From assembly GCA_951406725.2 (NCBI GenBank), contig OX597821.1, positions 31,186,001-31,250,000 of the forward strand: a DNA stretch of 64,000 bases. Reading direction: 5' to 3'. The stretch comes from Octopus vulgaris (lineage: Eukaryota). Shown here in pieces: positions 25,616 through 40,167 of the stretch. The translations under genes and the position numbers were made by a program. Numbering within the stretch: the first letter of the stretch is position 1; the number at the start of each line of letters is the position of its first letter. The notes under the pieces are model-generated. The model did not search any database and had not been told where the DNA came from. It saw nothing but the letters and a program-made list of their open reading frames with translations.

Positions 25616-27268
25616 GAATTTATTTTGTACGAAATCAATAATCAATAATAACATAAAGACAATTTTGCACGTTCATTCCAATAGCTTTTGTTTGCTTGCA
25701 CTTTCATTTCGGTCACTTACTCTCATCCTCTTTCGCTTCCGCACTCTCTTGCTACAATTACGATATTCTTTTATTGAATTCTCTGAACCTTGGAAGCATG
25801 TAATTATCTTTACTCGGTTTTCAATTTTTTCGGTCGGTTTGTTACTTATATATTAGTTCTTCCTATAGTGTACTCAATTCCTTTTTAATCGCTGCAGATT
25901 ATAAGCAGATTCCGTTGTTTATGGCAACGGTTTGTATGTTACTATCTGTTTCCAGTTTGTTTATGTTAGCGCAGTTGTCGATTTTATAATCTTTTCTATT
26001 TTATTGTTAATATTTTTCTGTTCCATGAGCTGAAGTTTCCGTGTGTGTTTTCACAGCATAAATGGCCGTAGAGTAGTTTTAGAATCAAATATAGAACCTT
26101 CTCAGTTTATTGAATGTAATTTACTCAATATGAGAACAGGTGAGATTTTCTCAACCCTGTGAATATTTCCGCGGACACACGATTTAATTTTTCCCCTCCA
26201 AGTACTTTTGTTCAGATGTGTCAGACATCTATTAATGTCTCAATGCTTCTCTTGCTAACATCTCAAACAAGATATCGTTAATCTCAGATTAATCTAATAT
26301 TTTGATAATTCATGACTTGTTTAACCACACATTATCAAAAGTATATACTGATGCTTTGATTTTAATTGCTAGATAGTCACTACACTCAGTAACCTGAAAA
26401 ATCTACTATGGGGAATGGAAACTCTAGTAATCTCTAAATAGTTAGGAGAAACTATAATTGAAGAGATATTCTAAGCACTGAGAGTGAAACATAGTAGAAA
26501 ATTCCGTTCGGGAATTGTAAAAAATTGTGATTAGGATGAATTACAAACGTCCTTACTTTGACAAAGTTTTGGTGGAGTAGGGTATGCATTGAGGATGTCT
26601 TTGCATCATCTCCTGTAACTGGTGTACCGTATATGAGAAGCGTTCATAAATAAAATGTTCAGAACCACAAATTCAGTGTATATGCATTGGAAAATTCCTT
26701 CATTACATGTAACACACATTATTGTGTTATGGGCACATCGTGTTACGGAACATGTCCACCATTGTCTCACCGTTTACATTGGACAACAGAATTAGTTGTT
26801 CAACAACAATGGTTGTGGCTAGGGAAATTGCATCATAGGCATTCGTTGAAGGTTTTGCATATTTAGTTCTAATATATGAAACGAGGGTTTCCTCACAATT
26901 TGAGGAATGGATTTTGCTAGATGTCTCCAAGCAAAGTCAATTTTGCAAAAGTATTGAAAGTAGTGCTATGGGTTTCAAATTTTATAAAGCTCTATATCTT
27001 GTATACGCACAAGTATTTACCGTAATACTAAAAGCCTATACAGTTTTTCCACTCATTCTTCTTTCAATAGTCGACTCAAACCGAATATAAATTGTAATGC
27101 AATGACTATATGAATAAATACATTCTGTCCCATGCATATATAGACTTTTTATGCGTGTATAACTATTCCACATTCTGTGAATTTGATTGAGTTCTTACTA
27201 AAAAGTATAGCTAAGATTAGACATAGAGTATGTTTTATATAAAATCGTGTTGTATTTTCATATGTATG

Positions 27269-27321
<53 letters not shown>

Positions 27322-27331
27322 GTGTGTGCGT

Positions 27332-27376
<45 letters not shown>

Positions 27377-28136
27377 TGTGTGGATGACTGTAAATGAGAT
27401 TTCCTACATCTTAATAATTAATTTGGTTGCACAAAGAAACGGAAGTAATCGTATACTTTTAAGAATTTCTTATACTTCCACAATATATTTTTTATCGATA
27501 AGCATATGTGAATTAAACGCAAAACGTCTTTATACTTTTGTTGATAAGCCAAGAATACAACATATATCAGCATAAAATCTTTCGTATATACTTTGATTTA
27601 GTAAAAGTTGTAAAGTTTTAGGAAACTCATTTATCAAATAAGCAATCGCAGCAAACACTTTGGGAATTTAGTAGCAAAATATATTTAGTCACTAATGACG
27701 GTTTGAGTACTAGGAAGACGGAGTAACCTGGAAATAATGCGAACACACATCATATTATCTTAATTGCATCTCGTTTTTAATATGCTGTATAGACATTTAA
27801 AATCTCAGTAGAATAAAAAACATTACAACAATTTATTATTATTTTAAAGATTTGGTGGGTATAAAAGGAAAATTATGACTAGGTAATCGCTGTTAATTGA
27901 GGCGCAAGATTTATTTACTTGAGAACAATTCAAATTTGTTATTATCATGCATGTGACCATAATAACAATGTAGATAAATATTATAAGATATAGAGAAAAC
28001 ATGTAAAAAAATATATGCAAATAAATAATAAATACAGAGGAAAATCATGTAATAGAATGTTTCAAACTTTTCGATGCTGCTCTCACACGAATCACACATA
28101 CACATATGCCTGTATGTGTGTACGTATGTATTTACT

Positions 28137-28204
28137 TATGTATGTATGTATGTATGTATGTATGTATGTATGTATGTATGTATGTATGTATGTATGTATG
28201 TATG
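28137..28204. repeat. (TATG)n microsatellite
   Basis: Direct reading. Confidence 0.95.
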
Positions 28205-28834
28205 CACGTATGCACGTATGCATATATGCATGTATTTATGTATGTGTGTATGTGCGAGTGTATGTGTGTATATATATATAGATAAATGTGACAACCAAGA
28301 ATCGATGTGTAGAGTTGGTGAGCTTCAAGCAAATCGTACAAATTCTAAAAAAGTACTTTCAGGAAAAATTGTGGTTTATTCGAGCGGAAGGTTATGAATT
28401 TTTTTTCGTATCAAAGTATGATAAGGAGAAAAACACATTTTCATATTTCATGGTAGGCAGCCAGCGTTGCTAGCCATGCAAATAAACATACATGCTGCAT
28501 ATGTATCATAGCGAGAGGAAGCTCGGAAGTTGTATATTTTCAAACGAGGTATAAAACGCAGGCTACTCTTCAAACCACGGATATCTTGATGAAATTAAGT
28601 TTACATTATTACGAGGAAGAGCATGTTAACAAGCAGAAGATTCGATTACATTCTTTTCCAGAGATTTTTTGCGAATGGCACATTTCTGTTTTCCTATCAT
28701 CCAATCGCTAAGAAACATACAGCTCGGATTTTATCTACTTCATTCTTTAGCTCTTGTATATACACAGACACACATACACACACACAGACACACGCACGCA
28801 CGCACTCATATAGTGTATGTATAAGTGTCAGTTT

Positions 28835-28873
<39 letters not shown>

Positions 28874-28887
28874 GTAACAAAAAGGAA

Positions 28888-28926
<39 letters not shown>

Positions 28927-28939
28927 GTAACAAAAAGAA

Positions 28940-28991
<52 letters not shown>

Positions 28992-28992
<1 letters not shown>

Positions 28993-29225
28993 GGAGTAAA
29001 CACATAAATGTGAAACAAGGTGGAAAAAGGAGTAATCAAATACCAGTGGTAGAGTAATATGCTTTATTTAAAGCAGCAGAAAAATTCAACAAAATCTGTT
29101 ACTCTGAGTTTCTCGTTGCCGTTCATCAGACAGTTTTTTCTAGCAAAAACTGTCTGATGAACGGCAACGAGAAACACAGAGTAACATATTTTGTTGAATT
29201 TTCTGCTGCTTTAAATAAAGTATAT
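28992..29225. mobile_element. Short fold-back PLE pLTR element with an HHR in each arm
   Basis: Arms 29057-29138/29145-29225; within (TA)n. Confidence 0.8.
29096..29133 (-). ncRNA. Minimal type I hammerhead ribozyme
   Basis: CUGU CUGAUGA A-CG-GCAA-CG-A GAAAC UCAGA GUA| ACAG; GNRA loop II, first stem II pair mismatched; more diverged mirror copy at 29150-29187 (+). Confidence 0.72.
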
Positions 29226-30084
29226 ATATATATATATATACAAGCATGAAATGAAGGAAACAGTGACAGACAGAGCAGGAATACAAATGTATTTGGCTAA
29301 CAAATGAAGATTTTTTATGTAGTTTTTAATACTTAAGATGGCAGTCTATGCAGGAATATAATTTCTACTTATATTTATAGTTACTTAAGTGTTCTGTTTT
29401 TCACCTGTTCTCCTCTATTTTAAATGTTTCTGACTATGTATGATATCAAGCATTTGGTATGTATTATAATCTTACTGTTAATATACATTATAATTATGTT
29501 GTCTAAAAATAAACATTTGGCTAGCACTCTAAGTGTTTCCAAACCCTTGTGCTTTTTTAAAAAATCTTATCTATGTTGAATAGCTTTTATTTCATTTAAT
29601 TTTTTTCTTATGCACATGTCGGTTTCTGTTTCGAAAGATTAGTGTGCGAATAAACGCGAACTTCTTATTCATGCTTGCCTATCAAAGCTGAATATGAAAA
29701 TGTATGTTTATAATAGTGTTGTATTTGTGCATGGCCATGTTGCCAATTTAACCGACCAAAGTATTTTATAATATTTTCCTATAAATATAAAGGAAACTAT
29801 AAACAAAAGAATACGTATTATCAATTGTACCTGTTTAGAAAGGAAAATAAAATGATGCGGATTTTGAACATCCCAAATACGATTTAGTATACAACAAATA
29901 TATATATATATACTTTATAATAGGTTTCAGCAAAGATTTGCTTTATCACATACCGAAGTTTAGAAATAGCAGCCAAAGAAACTTAGCCATTTGCTCTACT
30001 TTAAAAAGAGACTCCCGGAAAAGACAAATTACAATTCACGAAGGCAGAGAGGAAAAATAACGAAAATCAATCGATATTAGATAA

Positions 30085-30136
30085 CCGATGTACGCATTTC
30101 GGAATTAGCAGTAAACATTTACTTCATCAGCATGGG
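30085..30136 (-). ncRNA. Degenerate hammerhead motif in pLTR-like element (about 29912-30255)
   Basis: CCCAUG CUGAUGA ... GAAAUGC GUA| CAUCGG; element shares tagaaata.cagccaaag with 15212. Confidence 0.55.
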
Positions 30137-30252
30137 ACATCACAATATTAAATATTAAAAATATTAAGTTCGAAGGCACTGGAAGAATTGAACATATCTT
30201 TCCATCAGACAGAACATATTCAACGTCAGTACCGCCGAATTTAAAATTATTG

Positions 30253-30320
<68 letters not shown>

Positions 30321-30921
30321 ATTATTTCTAAAGTTGTTTGCGCCTTCTATCTTTCCTTGATCATGGGTTCATTTTCACCGGCAGCTCTATGCTTCTAGTT
30401 GAATGGAGTAAGTTGTGGGTTAGATACGAATACGAAGTCGGAAGTTTTATGGCATAGATATGAAAGTGATTTACATTAGTGAAGAATGCAAAAGATGATA
30501 CAGGTTTCTGTGTCACATAACTCGCTAGAGGCTATGGCCCCTTGGGGATAATCAACGGCAGCATTCGGCCTATTTATCTGGACTGCCATGTTAGCATGGC
30601 GATAACTATTAATATATATATATATATGTGTGAGAGCAAGAATAAAACTAACCTTGTTTCACATATTAACAATGTCCACGATGTGAGATGACACCCAACG
30701 AAAAAAGAAAGAACAGAGAAAAAGAATTTTGAGTCTCATTTATAACTCGAGCATAACGCAAAAGCCCATCTATATACGGACAGGAAATGAATAAAACTAA
30801 GTAATGAAGTTTAAAAAACACAAGCAATCACAGAAATATTACATATGCCCCCTCCGCCCACATACAGGCATACACACACTAGCGCGCACCCGTGCGCACA
30901 CACACACACACAACAATAAGG

Positions 30922-31215
30922 ATGCTATCTTCCCTTGATCATGGTTATATTTTCACCGGCAGCTCTATGCTTCTACTTGAATGGAAGAGGTTGTGGGTTA
31001 GATATCTCGGATTGAATACGAAGTATTACATCATGTCGTTGAAATTTTACGGCAGGATTTGAAAGCGATTTACATTAGTGAAGAATGCAAAAGATGGCTC
31101 AGTAGTATACTGCGTATTAACGGTCGTTTTAACGGCCGTTGGGATACCAAGATTTGATGGAAGTAGCTCAACCAAGTGGTTGTATTTTCGGGAAAGCACA
31201 TTTTCTTTACAAAAG
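30922..31215 (+). pseudogene. Decayed exon resembling an NRF-6/OACYL N-terminal (NRF) domain; partial duplicate at 30347-30497
   Basis: Across frames: IMVIFSPAALC (signal-like)...YISEECKRWLSSIL...RWDTK../FDGS../PSGCIFGKAHFL, recalling NRF S..C...WA.KM.D...PSG.L.GN. Confidence 0.35.
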
Positions 31216-31829
31216 TAAGGATTAAGGTTTGACATAAAGAACACGTCTTTTCTTTTCCCAAGTATTTATTGATGTTTACATATTCTCAAATTCAAGCACT
31301 CATCTCACGACATTCTATACGCTACAACTGTAGATGCTATAGACTGCTCTTCAGAAATGTTTTATGTACTGAAGGAATCAGTGCTTTGTAACATTCTGAA
31401 CATAGAAAGCACTATCTTCTGCTACACGATCAGTTCGAGTATAAGAAAAGAATAGAAATTTAGAAATGTAACCATAGAAAGAAATGTAGTTTTGGCAAGG
31501 GCAACACCATCGATATTTCCTTAACGATGTTTGCCAAAAACTAGCTTGAGGTGTATGGAGATATTTTCGTAGAGGGCCTCACTACAAAAAAACTATGCAC
31601 ACTATCCAAGATACTTACAATTAATGGTTCTACTTATCGTTATTATCATGTTTTCTCATTATGAAGATACGAACTATACAAAGTGTCACATTAGAATCAT
31701 TGGCTTCTGAATAACAATGACAAACACTAATAGTAAATTTTTAACTGTACGTACAAAAAATACAGATATCTGCTCATATCTATGTATTTTTCCATATATA
31801 CGCATGCAAATACACAAATACGTGCACAA

Positions 31830-31863
<34 letters not shown>

Positions 31864-33389
31864 GTGTGTGTGTGTATGGGTGTGTACATGTATATATATA
31901 TATATGTGTGTGTGTGTGTGGTAATTTTTACTTGTCGCGATAGGAAATTTCACAAATAAAGAGCGAAAGACAAAAGTATACGCCATATATGAAGGGTAGT
32001 CCATGTAATCATTGAAATTTGTTTTGTATTACTTGATAAAAAAAATCGTTTCTTTATGATTTATATTTAGTTTAACCACCAAAGTGAACGAAATTGCCGA
32101 AAGACTTTAGTGTGCCGAGACGAAATTATGATACATAATTCACATTTCAAACCCATATCCTGAAGCATACAATTAATTGCTGATTGCATGCAGTTTTTTT
32201 ATGATATTTAACGGTATCTATAAAGTCTCGTTTATCATAAGACTCACCATAGGTATTGTTTTTTTTAACTTGTCTGCTTTTAACTCGACGCCAGGGTGTT
32301 GTATTTAATTGATATGTAATTAATAACAGATTCTAAATATTTAAGTTCATAAATGAAATTTCATTTGGCAACATGTTTATACGTTATCTCACGCTGTGAG
32401 AGAGTTATAGGTTGGAAAGTTACATTATGTTTCGTGTAGGTTATCTATAGAAATTCATATATTAATTCATATTCGAGACACGGACGGTATTTAATAGATA
32501 TGACTTACAACATAGCAGGAAGCAAAGTCAGTTAGTAATGAATGCAAAGATATTATTAGAATTCATAATAATTCAATAGATAGTCTTGTATTTATAAATT
32601 GATTAGATTCCTCTTCCATCAACATTTAAAAAAAAAGAATATTAGAAGGATTTATTTTGTGAACTGAGTTTTATTATGAAGCATTCAATCATTTTGTATT
32701 ATCTGGAAAGACGTATGTTAAAATAATTTTGTAAATTAATTCCGAAATATAATTATACTTGTATCCTTTAGTTTATCTGTCTTTCTAGTACTTTATCACA
32801 AATAATATTATGAAATTGTACAGATTTCCTCTAATAACGCTATATAGAAATATTTAATAATAGAGTCGACTGAATAAATAGACATTGTCATTTAGTTTGT
32901 TCAGACTGGGTTCACATAGTACCAGTAATTTTCTTGTATCTTCTAATTTCCAGGAACGTTTAAATAAACATCCGTATTATAAATAAGAACAATGATCTAA
33001 ATGTTTTTATTTTTTTAATTTGAAAAAGATTAGTAATTAAAACTTAGATAATTAATTTACACTGTGTGAGATATAGAGCGTGATAACATCAGATTACACT
33101 TATCCTGTGCCGAAAATGTTTGATATAATCCGTTTAATTGTTATTCACTATTAAATATTGTCTGTAGAATTCCAGATAAAGAAAAACCACATATTTTCAA
33201 AATGGCTACAGTAAGAACATTATTGATAAACATAACACAATCCAATATGTTTATCAAGACCTAATTACGTTAAAGGTATTTGGATAGATTCAAACTTTAT
33301 TTTATCAAAGTAGACATTCCAATTATGAAAGAAATATAAATATGAACGTGTCTCGTTTTCAATTTCCTGTTTTATTGAAAGTATAAGCC

Positions 33390-33441
<52 letters not shown>

Positions 33442-33495
33442 CTTACATAAATGCATACATACATTCAATAAAACAGGAAACTGAAAACGAGACAC

Positions 33496-33540
<45 letters not shown>

Positions 33541-34134
33541 TGGGGATGTGTGGGTGGCGTGCGTGTGTCTGTCCGTCTTCCTGTCTGTGCAGTTTCGATT
33601 ACTCTGTGGGCTACACAAGTGATGCACCGGATGCTAACAGGCCCAAAATAAAACAAGTATGAGTACACAATGAGTATTTTAATAAACAGACTCCTGAAAA
33701 GGAAGAGACAACAGAAATCCAAACAATAACGATTACTATAGATATTACATCTATTAAAAATACACAAATCACATATAGAATGGACTATAACCGTAAAATG
33801 ACTATAATAACAATCACTGAAGACATCATTGAATATATATAATAGCAAATGGTAAAATATCGCTAAAGACATATTACATAGGCAATAAAACAGCGATCAA
33901 AATCTTAGATCTACAAGAAGTAACTAAAACAAATGTAATTTAAATTGCGATTGCAGACATGAACATCATGTTAAAATTGTTTTATATCGGCCGCAAAGTA
34001 GAGGAGAATTTACCAGATAAATATCATATAAAATAAAGATCCACTGCAAAAAATTCACCAAAAGTAGAAACCGAAAATAGAAAGAAACACTTTTATAGAT
34101 GTGCACATATATATACTAATATATATTTATATAA

Positions 34135-34307
34135 ACTTTTTTCTCTCCTTGTTTCTCTCCTTGTTTTTTCTGTGTCCCTTTCTGTAGAAGAGCGTAGGCT
34201 CGAAACGTAAAATACTTTTTTCTATTTCTGAGCGTTACACTAATACATCTGTTTGATTTATACACCACACGTCTTCGTCTTTTGTTTTTTTCGTCATCTC
34301 TCCCTAT
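34135..34307 (+). mobile_element. pLTR-like repeat with variant hammerhead-like core
   Basis: cccttt CTGTAGA AGAGC GTAG GCTC GAAAC GTA; homologous to 372-552. Confidence 0.6.
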
Positions 34308-35539
34308 ACTAATATCCTACGTCTCTGTGAACAATAGAATGAAGATGGACTTACCAGTCTATCATCTCAACTATTTTCGCTTAACTATTTCCATACTTAA
34401 TGTTTGTTTAAAAAGTATTATTTTGCTAAATATTTTGCTAAATAGTACACTTATATGATTCACATACACATTGATAAATTATCAACGCGAATCTTGTGGT
34501 ATATGTTTCTTCGCATTTTATACTGGATCAGAACTTAATTGCAAAGTTTAACTTGAATAAACAATATTTCTACAGATTGATTCCAAAAACCTGCCTGCGG
34601 AACTACCATTTCGTTTGCTATTACCCGCAGAATATTCGTCACAGGATGTTGTAAGCAAATTCGGCCATATGTTTCGTAAACTTGTATATTCTGTATACAT
34701 ATACACTGTGCATAAGTAACATCCGGCTATTCGTTTCTAACGCCACTAGATTTGTCACGTCATTTAGTGTGTGTCCTTTGTTCCACTGAAGGAAATTTAT
34801 TTACAAACATTTATGAAACACGCACTGATTTAATTCAGGTACATAGATTTATTAGTTAGTGGGGTGCCTATAAAATTATAGAAAATAACGATTTGTTCAT
34901 ACATTATAAATAACCCATGTAGAGAAAAGCTCAGTATAGTAGGCCAAAAACAAAAAAAAAATGAACAAACTACAATAGCAAGCAATTAAGCAAACTTAAA
35001 GCTCAACAGTGCTCAACTAGTACTTATTTAATCGACATGAAAGGTGACGTCGTTCTCGGGAAAACTTGAACTCTGTCCGGTGTGGTGTCGTTTCAACCAG
35101 CTCGCCGCCTCATCAAATATGTAATATTGGAAGCAATCTCTTACTAGATATTTTTTTAATATTTTCTTCTGATTCCTTAAATTTAACACGAAAATATTAA
35201 TCAGTTTAATAATCCCTTCATCTGAAATTCTCGCTATTTAATCAAATATTAAATTATTCCTCAATAAGAAGTTAGTTCGTGCCCAAATGACCTATCACAC
35301 TACTCACTGCATACATTTCTCACAGACTTCTACACACCAACATTTCGTAACATTTCCATCTCTGTAGACTGAGCATTTTGTATGGAGATAACAAATTGGT
35401 TCATGTGATCAGATATACACATTTTCTCCTAACACTATTCCAGTAACCGTGTTTGTAGCAGTCTTCGAAAAAACCTAACAGGGCAACATTTGAGGTCAGA
35501 TAGGAAATTACTAGCAGCACCATTTATCGTTTGCAACAG

Positions 35540-36528
35540 CGACACAACAATACCCACAGTACTGCAGACCGTGCCCACAGAAGGCACCTCTGGGTGTCCA
35601 CGCTCAGGCAGGCCCGCTTCATCAAACTGCAACACTACAGTGATCACTTCAGACCGGCCAGCATGACAGGTCGCGAGACCATTGCTCAGCGATACATTTG
35701 CGACGTCACGGTACGACGTCGACTGCCGCCAACAACCTGCGACAACCTCAGCACCCACCACCGTTAGGCACGACTATAGTGAACTACTCAGCACCGACAT
35801 TAGCGGCATCAACAATGGAGGTTGATAGTCTTCTCTGACGAAAGCCGGTACTGAGTTTCTACATGGCATGGCAGAGTGTATGGCGTAGGGGGGACGCTAC
35901 AGGGATCCGCGTGTCATGGAGATATACGCATCCTGGTTTGGGGAGCTATATGCCTGAATCAGAGAATTAGGCCTCGTGTGTTTCAAAATGTTGGTGCAGG
36001 CAGAGGGAATGGCATCACAGCCCAGCGCTGCGTTGAGCAGATCCTAACACATCACATCATGCACTTCTTAGTGCGTCAAAATAGCTACGTGCTCGCACCC
36101 ACACAGCCAGAGTCAACATTGACTTTCTGCGCCAGCGCAACATCAGAACCGTGACGAACAGGCTCTCAGTCCGGATTTGAACCAAATTGAACAGCTCTCG
36201 GATGAAGTTGTGAGATCGTTGAACCAAGTCGTCCCAAGGCAATAAACTTATGTGGAACTAGAGGTAACTTTCCTCAGGATGTGGGCACAGGTGCCAATGG
36301 TTTAACTGAACCGCCTCATGCACTCAATGTGCCGACGATGTAACGCTGTTTTGAACACACAGGTAAGGTGAACATGTCACGCACTAACATCTCGATGTGC
36401 TGGATCCACCAGGACCAGTAAACCCGAAAACAACCGACAGACTGTGCTCAAAGAGCATCCCAAAATTTGACTTTATCAGATTTATCCAAATTTGTATTTG
36501 ACATAATAAAATTAAAACGTGTGGTTCA

Positions 36529-36531
<3 letters not shown>
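35540..36531 (+). mobile_element. Decayed Tc1-like transposon, 3' part
   Basis: IVFSDESR, ILVWGAI, SPDLNQIE-like segments; ends gtggttcagtg followed by TA. Confidence 0.8.
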
Positions 36532-36581
<50 letters not shown>

Positions 36582-36688
36582 CATATATATATGCATATAT
36601 ATATACATATATATATATGCATATGTATATATATATATATATATACGTATATATACATATATACATTTACATATACATATTTACACAC

Positions 36689-36732
<44 letters not shown>

Positions 36733-36751
36733 ACATAAATATATACATACA

Positions 36752-37430
36752 TATATTTAAAATAATATAGGCCAGCAAAATTTAAAAAATTTTTTACCAG
36801 TGGCCTAACATTGTCAATAAACAAAATATTTTCCATATAAAATTAGTATACATTTAAACACAAAAAGTGGTGACCTTTCAACAGGACACCTTACTTTCTA
36901 GCGGGAGTAGTCAAAACGTCCGAAACCACATTTAAGAGTAATTTCGAAGGGAATGAAAAATATAAACTTTTACCATGTTTGTTTATAGCCGGACCTATAT
37001 TTCGAACTTGAATTAGCAAGTAAAATAATTTGCCAGGCGAAGTTCTCCTCATTGTGTACGCCATACATTAACATTTAATTTAGAGACAGAATAACATGTA
37101 TCTCATCATTACATATTATACTTTTTGTAATTCACTGCGCAAGCGCAGTTTCAGTCGGTAGCAGTTTATGCCGATTAACTTCTGAAATTACTAAAATCCT
37201 ATTCTTAAAATTATATGGGATAGAAAAAATTTAGAATGTTATTTATTTGTTAATTAAAATTCAAATCCTAGGTCTCCCTTGAAAAGACATGGTAAAAAGT
37301 TTTATTGTTCATTCCCTTCGAAATTGCACTTAAATGTGGTTTTGGACGTTTTGACTGCCCCCTCTACCATGTAAGGCGGTCTCTCAAGGGTCACTTCTTT
37401 TTGTGTTTAAATGTACGTTAATTTCATATA
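36752..37430. mobile_element. Older PLE-type element with about 145-bp inverted repeats and a decayed HHR
   Basis: 36836-36980 vs 37284-37430 imperfect inverted repeat; minus strand 37127-37191 GUAAUU..CAGAAG..AAUCGGCA/UACCGACU GAAAC UGCGC-UU-GCGCA GU..AAUUAC. Confidence 0.65.
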
Positions 37431-37436
37431 CATACA

Positions 37437-37491
<55 letters not shown>

Positions 37492-38084
37492 GTATGTGTG
37501 TGTGTTTGTGTGGACCCCGTATATAGCCATTCGGTACTCGACCAACAGTAATTGAATAAGATGTCAAATATAGAAGAATGCATTTTGGCTTGTATTTAGT
37601 GAGATAAATATATCGTAATAATGAAATTGGCTCCTTCCAAAAGCTGCATTTAAAAAGAAATGCTGAATGGCGCCAATTCATTATTTTTAGCGTTTATGTA
37701 TAAAACCGTGATAGAATTTTAATAGTATTATCTACGCACATTTTCCGATACGCAAATCGTATTCAATTACTTTCCATTGAAACAGGCATAGTAAAATCTA
37801 TCCACTCACACATATATACATTCACGCATATATAGATACATGCATATAGATATAAATACGTACAAATACATACATGTATTCCAATGAAATGAGAAATTGT
37901 GTCCTATTGTTAACTATACAGAAAATTGTATACCATTTTAGAATATTCTTAGTGATTCAGTATATGAAAATGCTTCCACACACACAAACATATACACGCA
38001 CACACACATACTAACACACACACGCTAACACATACACGCTAACACACACACACACACTCATACACACTTATATTATATTTATCT

Positions 38085-38337
38085 GAGGCGGCGAGCACGC
38101 AGAATCAAGGCGGCGAGCTGGCAGAATCGTTAGCACGCCGGCCGAAATGCTTAGCGGTATTTCGTCTGTCGCTACGCTCTGAGTTCAAATTCCGCAGAGG
38201 TCGACTTCACCTTTCATCCTTTCGTGGTCGATTAGATAAATACCAGTTACGCACTGGGGTCGATATAATCGACTTAATCCGTTTGTCTGTCTTGTTTGTC
38301 CTCTCTGTATTTAGGCCCTTGTGGGTAGTAAAGAAAT
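38085..38337 (+). mobile_element. SINE family A with duplicated 5' end
   Basis: 17-bp TSD ttatattatatttatct; ggcggcgagc..gcagaatc occurs twice at the start. Confidence 0.9.
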
Positions 38338-38552
38338 TTATATTATATTTATCTATCTCACTGTATATAATAATATACATGTGCCTATGTGGGTATATTC
38401 AAAACGTTTTGAGACTGTTTTAGGAGTATCTGTTAGTTTTAGTATAGCATTATTATTAGCTGAACCTCCTAATTTTTTGTTCCTCATAGAAGTAGATATG
38501 TGTAACACAATCCAAAAACATTGCTTGTCATCGCTGACTACTTTGCAGTATG

Positions 38553-38851
38553 TGGAGTCACATGACATAGTGGTTAGAGCAGCGGACCCGCGATCAATGG
38601 ATTGCGGGTTCAAATCTCAAACTGGGTGATGTGTGTATTTATGAGCGAAACACCTAAGCTTCACGCGGCTCCAGCAGAAGGTAATGGCGAACTTCTGCTG
38701 ACTCTTTCGCCACAACTTTCTCTCACTCTTTTCTCCTGCATCTTGCAGCTCACCTGCGACGGACCGGCGTCCCATGCAAGTAGAGAACCTATACAACAAT
38801 GAAACCAGGAAACCGGCCCTTATGAGCCAGGAATGGCTTGAGAAGGAACAA
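38553..38851 (+). mobile_element. SINE family B, tail type 3
   Basis: Family B head, then ctgcgacggaccggcgtccc...gaaaccggcccttatgagcc. Confidence 0.85.
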
Positions 38852-39465
38852 GTATGCAGTATGCTGTCGAAACGTTAACAACATTTCGAAGCACACTATG
38901 TCATGAAGATTTATGTTACACTGAGCAAATATGTTACGGAAACAAATGATATGCTTAACGCTAGTTATGGATTAATTCATTCGCTAGCAAAATAGGTTTA
39001 ACTCTGGTAGAGAGAAGGTCAGACATAATGTGATAGGAGCGTGAGGGAAAGATATGTAAGAACATAAGAGCTGGTTGAGAAAATTCGGAATTTGCAGGAT
39101 GAACACCGTCACATGTGGATGAAGATATAAGCATACACGTTAGAATCAGTGTGACAAGTGAAAGAAATATTTAAGAAAATCTGAACAGGTGCAACATTTG
39201 AATAATGCATGTACCCAGGGTGCACATCATCAAGAATCCTGGTAACAATTATTTTTCTGATAGATACGAATTTTCTATTGTGCACGCGTTCACAGTTTTT
39301 ACATACACGGGTAGATTTGTTAGTAGGCTGTAACATATATATATATATAAGTAGGCAAATGGATACATACACATGCACACACATACATACATATACGGAG
39401 AGAGAGAGAAAGAGAGAGACAGAGAGAAAGATAGACATAGAGGATAAGGGAGATCGATATATATA

Positions 39466-39815
39466 TATAACATAAAACACAAAATGGGACAAGAATGCAA
39501 AACATCCTGACAACTAGATGATAAAAAATGGACAACAAAACATCCAGATAGACGACACAAAAAAAACACGGACAGGTCATTCGAACCCTTCAGTCAAGAA
39601 CCGGATCATCCTCGCAATTTCGGCTAATTAATCTTGAGATTGCTCCAATCTGGCCAGCCCCAAGGAAAAACTAAGCTAAGAGCATTAGATTCCTTGGAAA
39701 AATGCATCGAATGTATACGAAACAAGGACGGAAAAACAGACGATGTTACATGAATATAAATACAAAAATACAATAAAAAACAAAAAAAAAACAATAGTAA
39801 TAATAATAACAGGAC
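39466..39815 (-). mobile_element. pLTR-like repeat, family of 3024-3250
   Basis: Sequence homology with 3024-3250. Confidence 0.65.
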
Positions 39816-40167
39816 ATAACATTACCTTTCTATATTTGTGTCTATCCATCTCCATCGCCACGGAACCTCACACCCCAGCCCACAAAACAATGTTCTTCTA
39901 TACAAAACCTCCATTATATAGATGAACAAGCTGTTCATACAATCACAAAAAATATTTGACAAATTCTAGAAAGGAAAGAAACCGCTAATAATAATGACGA
40001 AATAAAAGGATTTCTTTCCAAAATTCTGACGATTTTTTTACTTGATATTCAATTTCTATACATTACACCTAACACTCTATACATATATATGTATATATAT
40101 TTGTGTATTTCCACATAAATACACGCACAAAATATATCCGTTCTTCAACGATTATATAAAACGTGTA

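Noticed and set aside
33780-33930. Possible GIY-YIG remnant (KTYYIG)
   Set aside because: Too degenerate to support by eye
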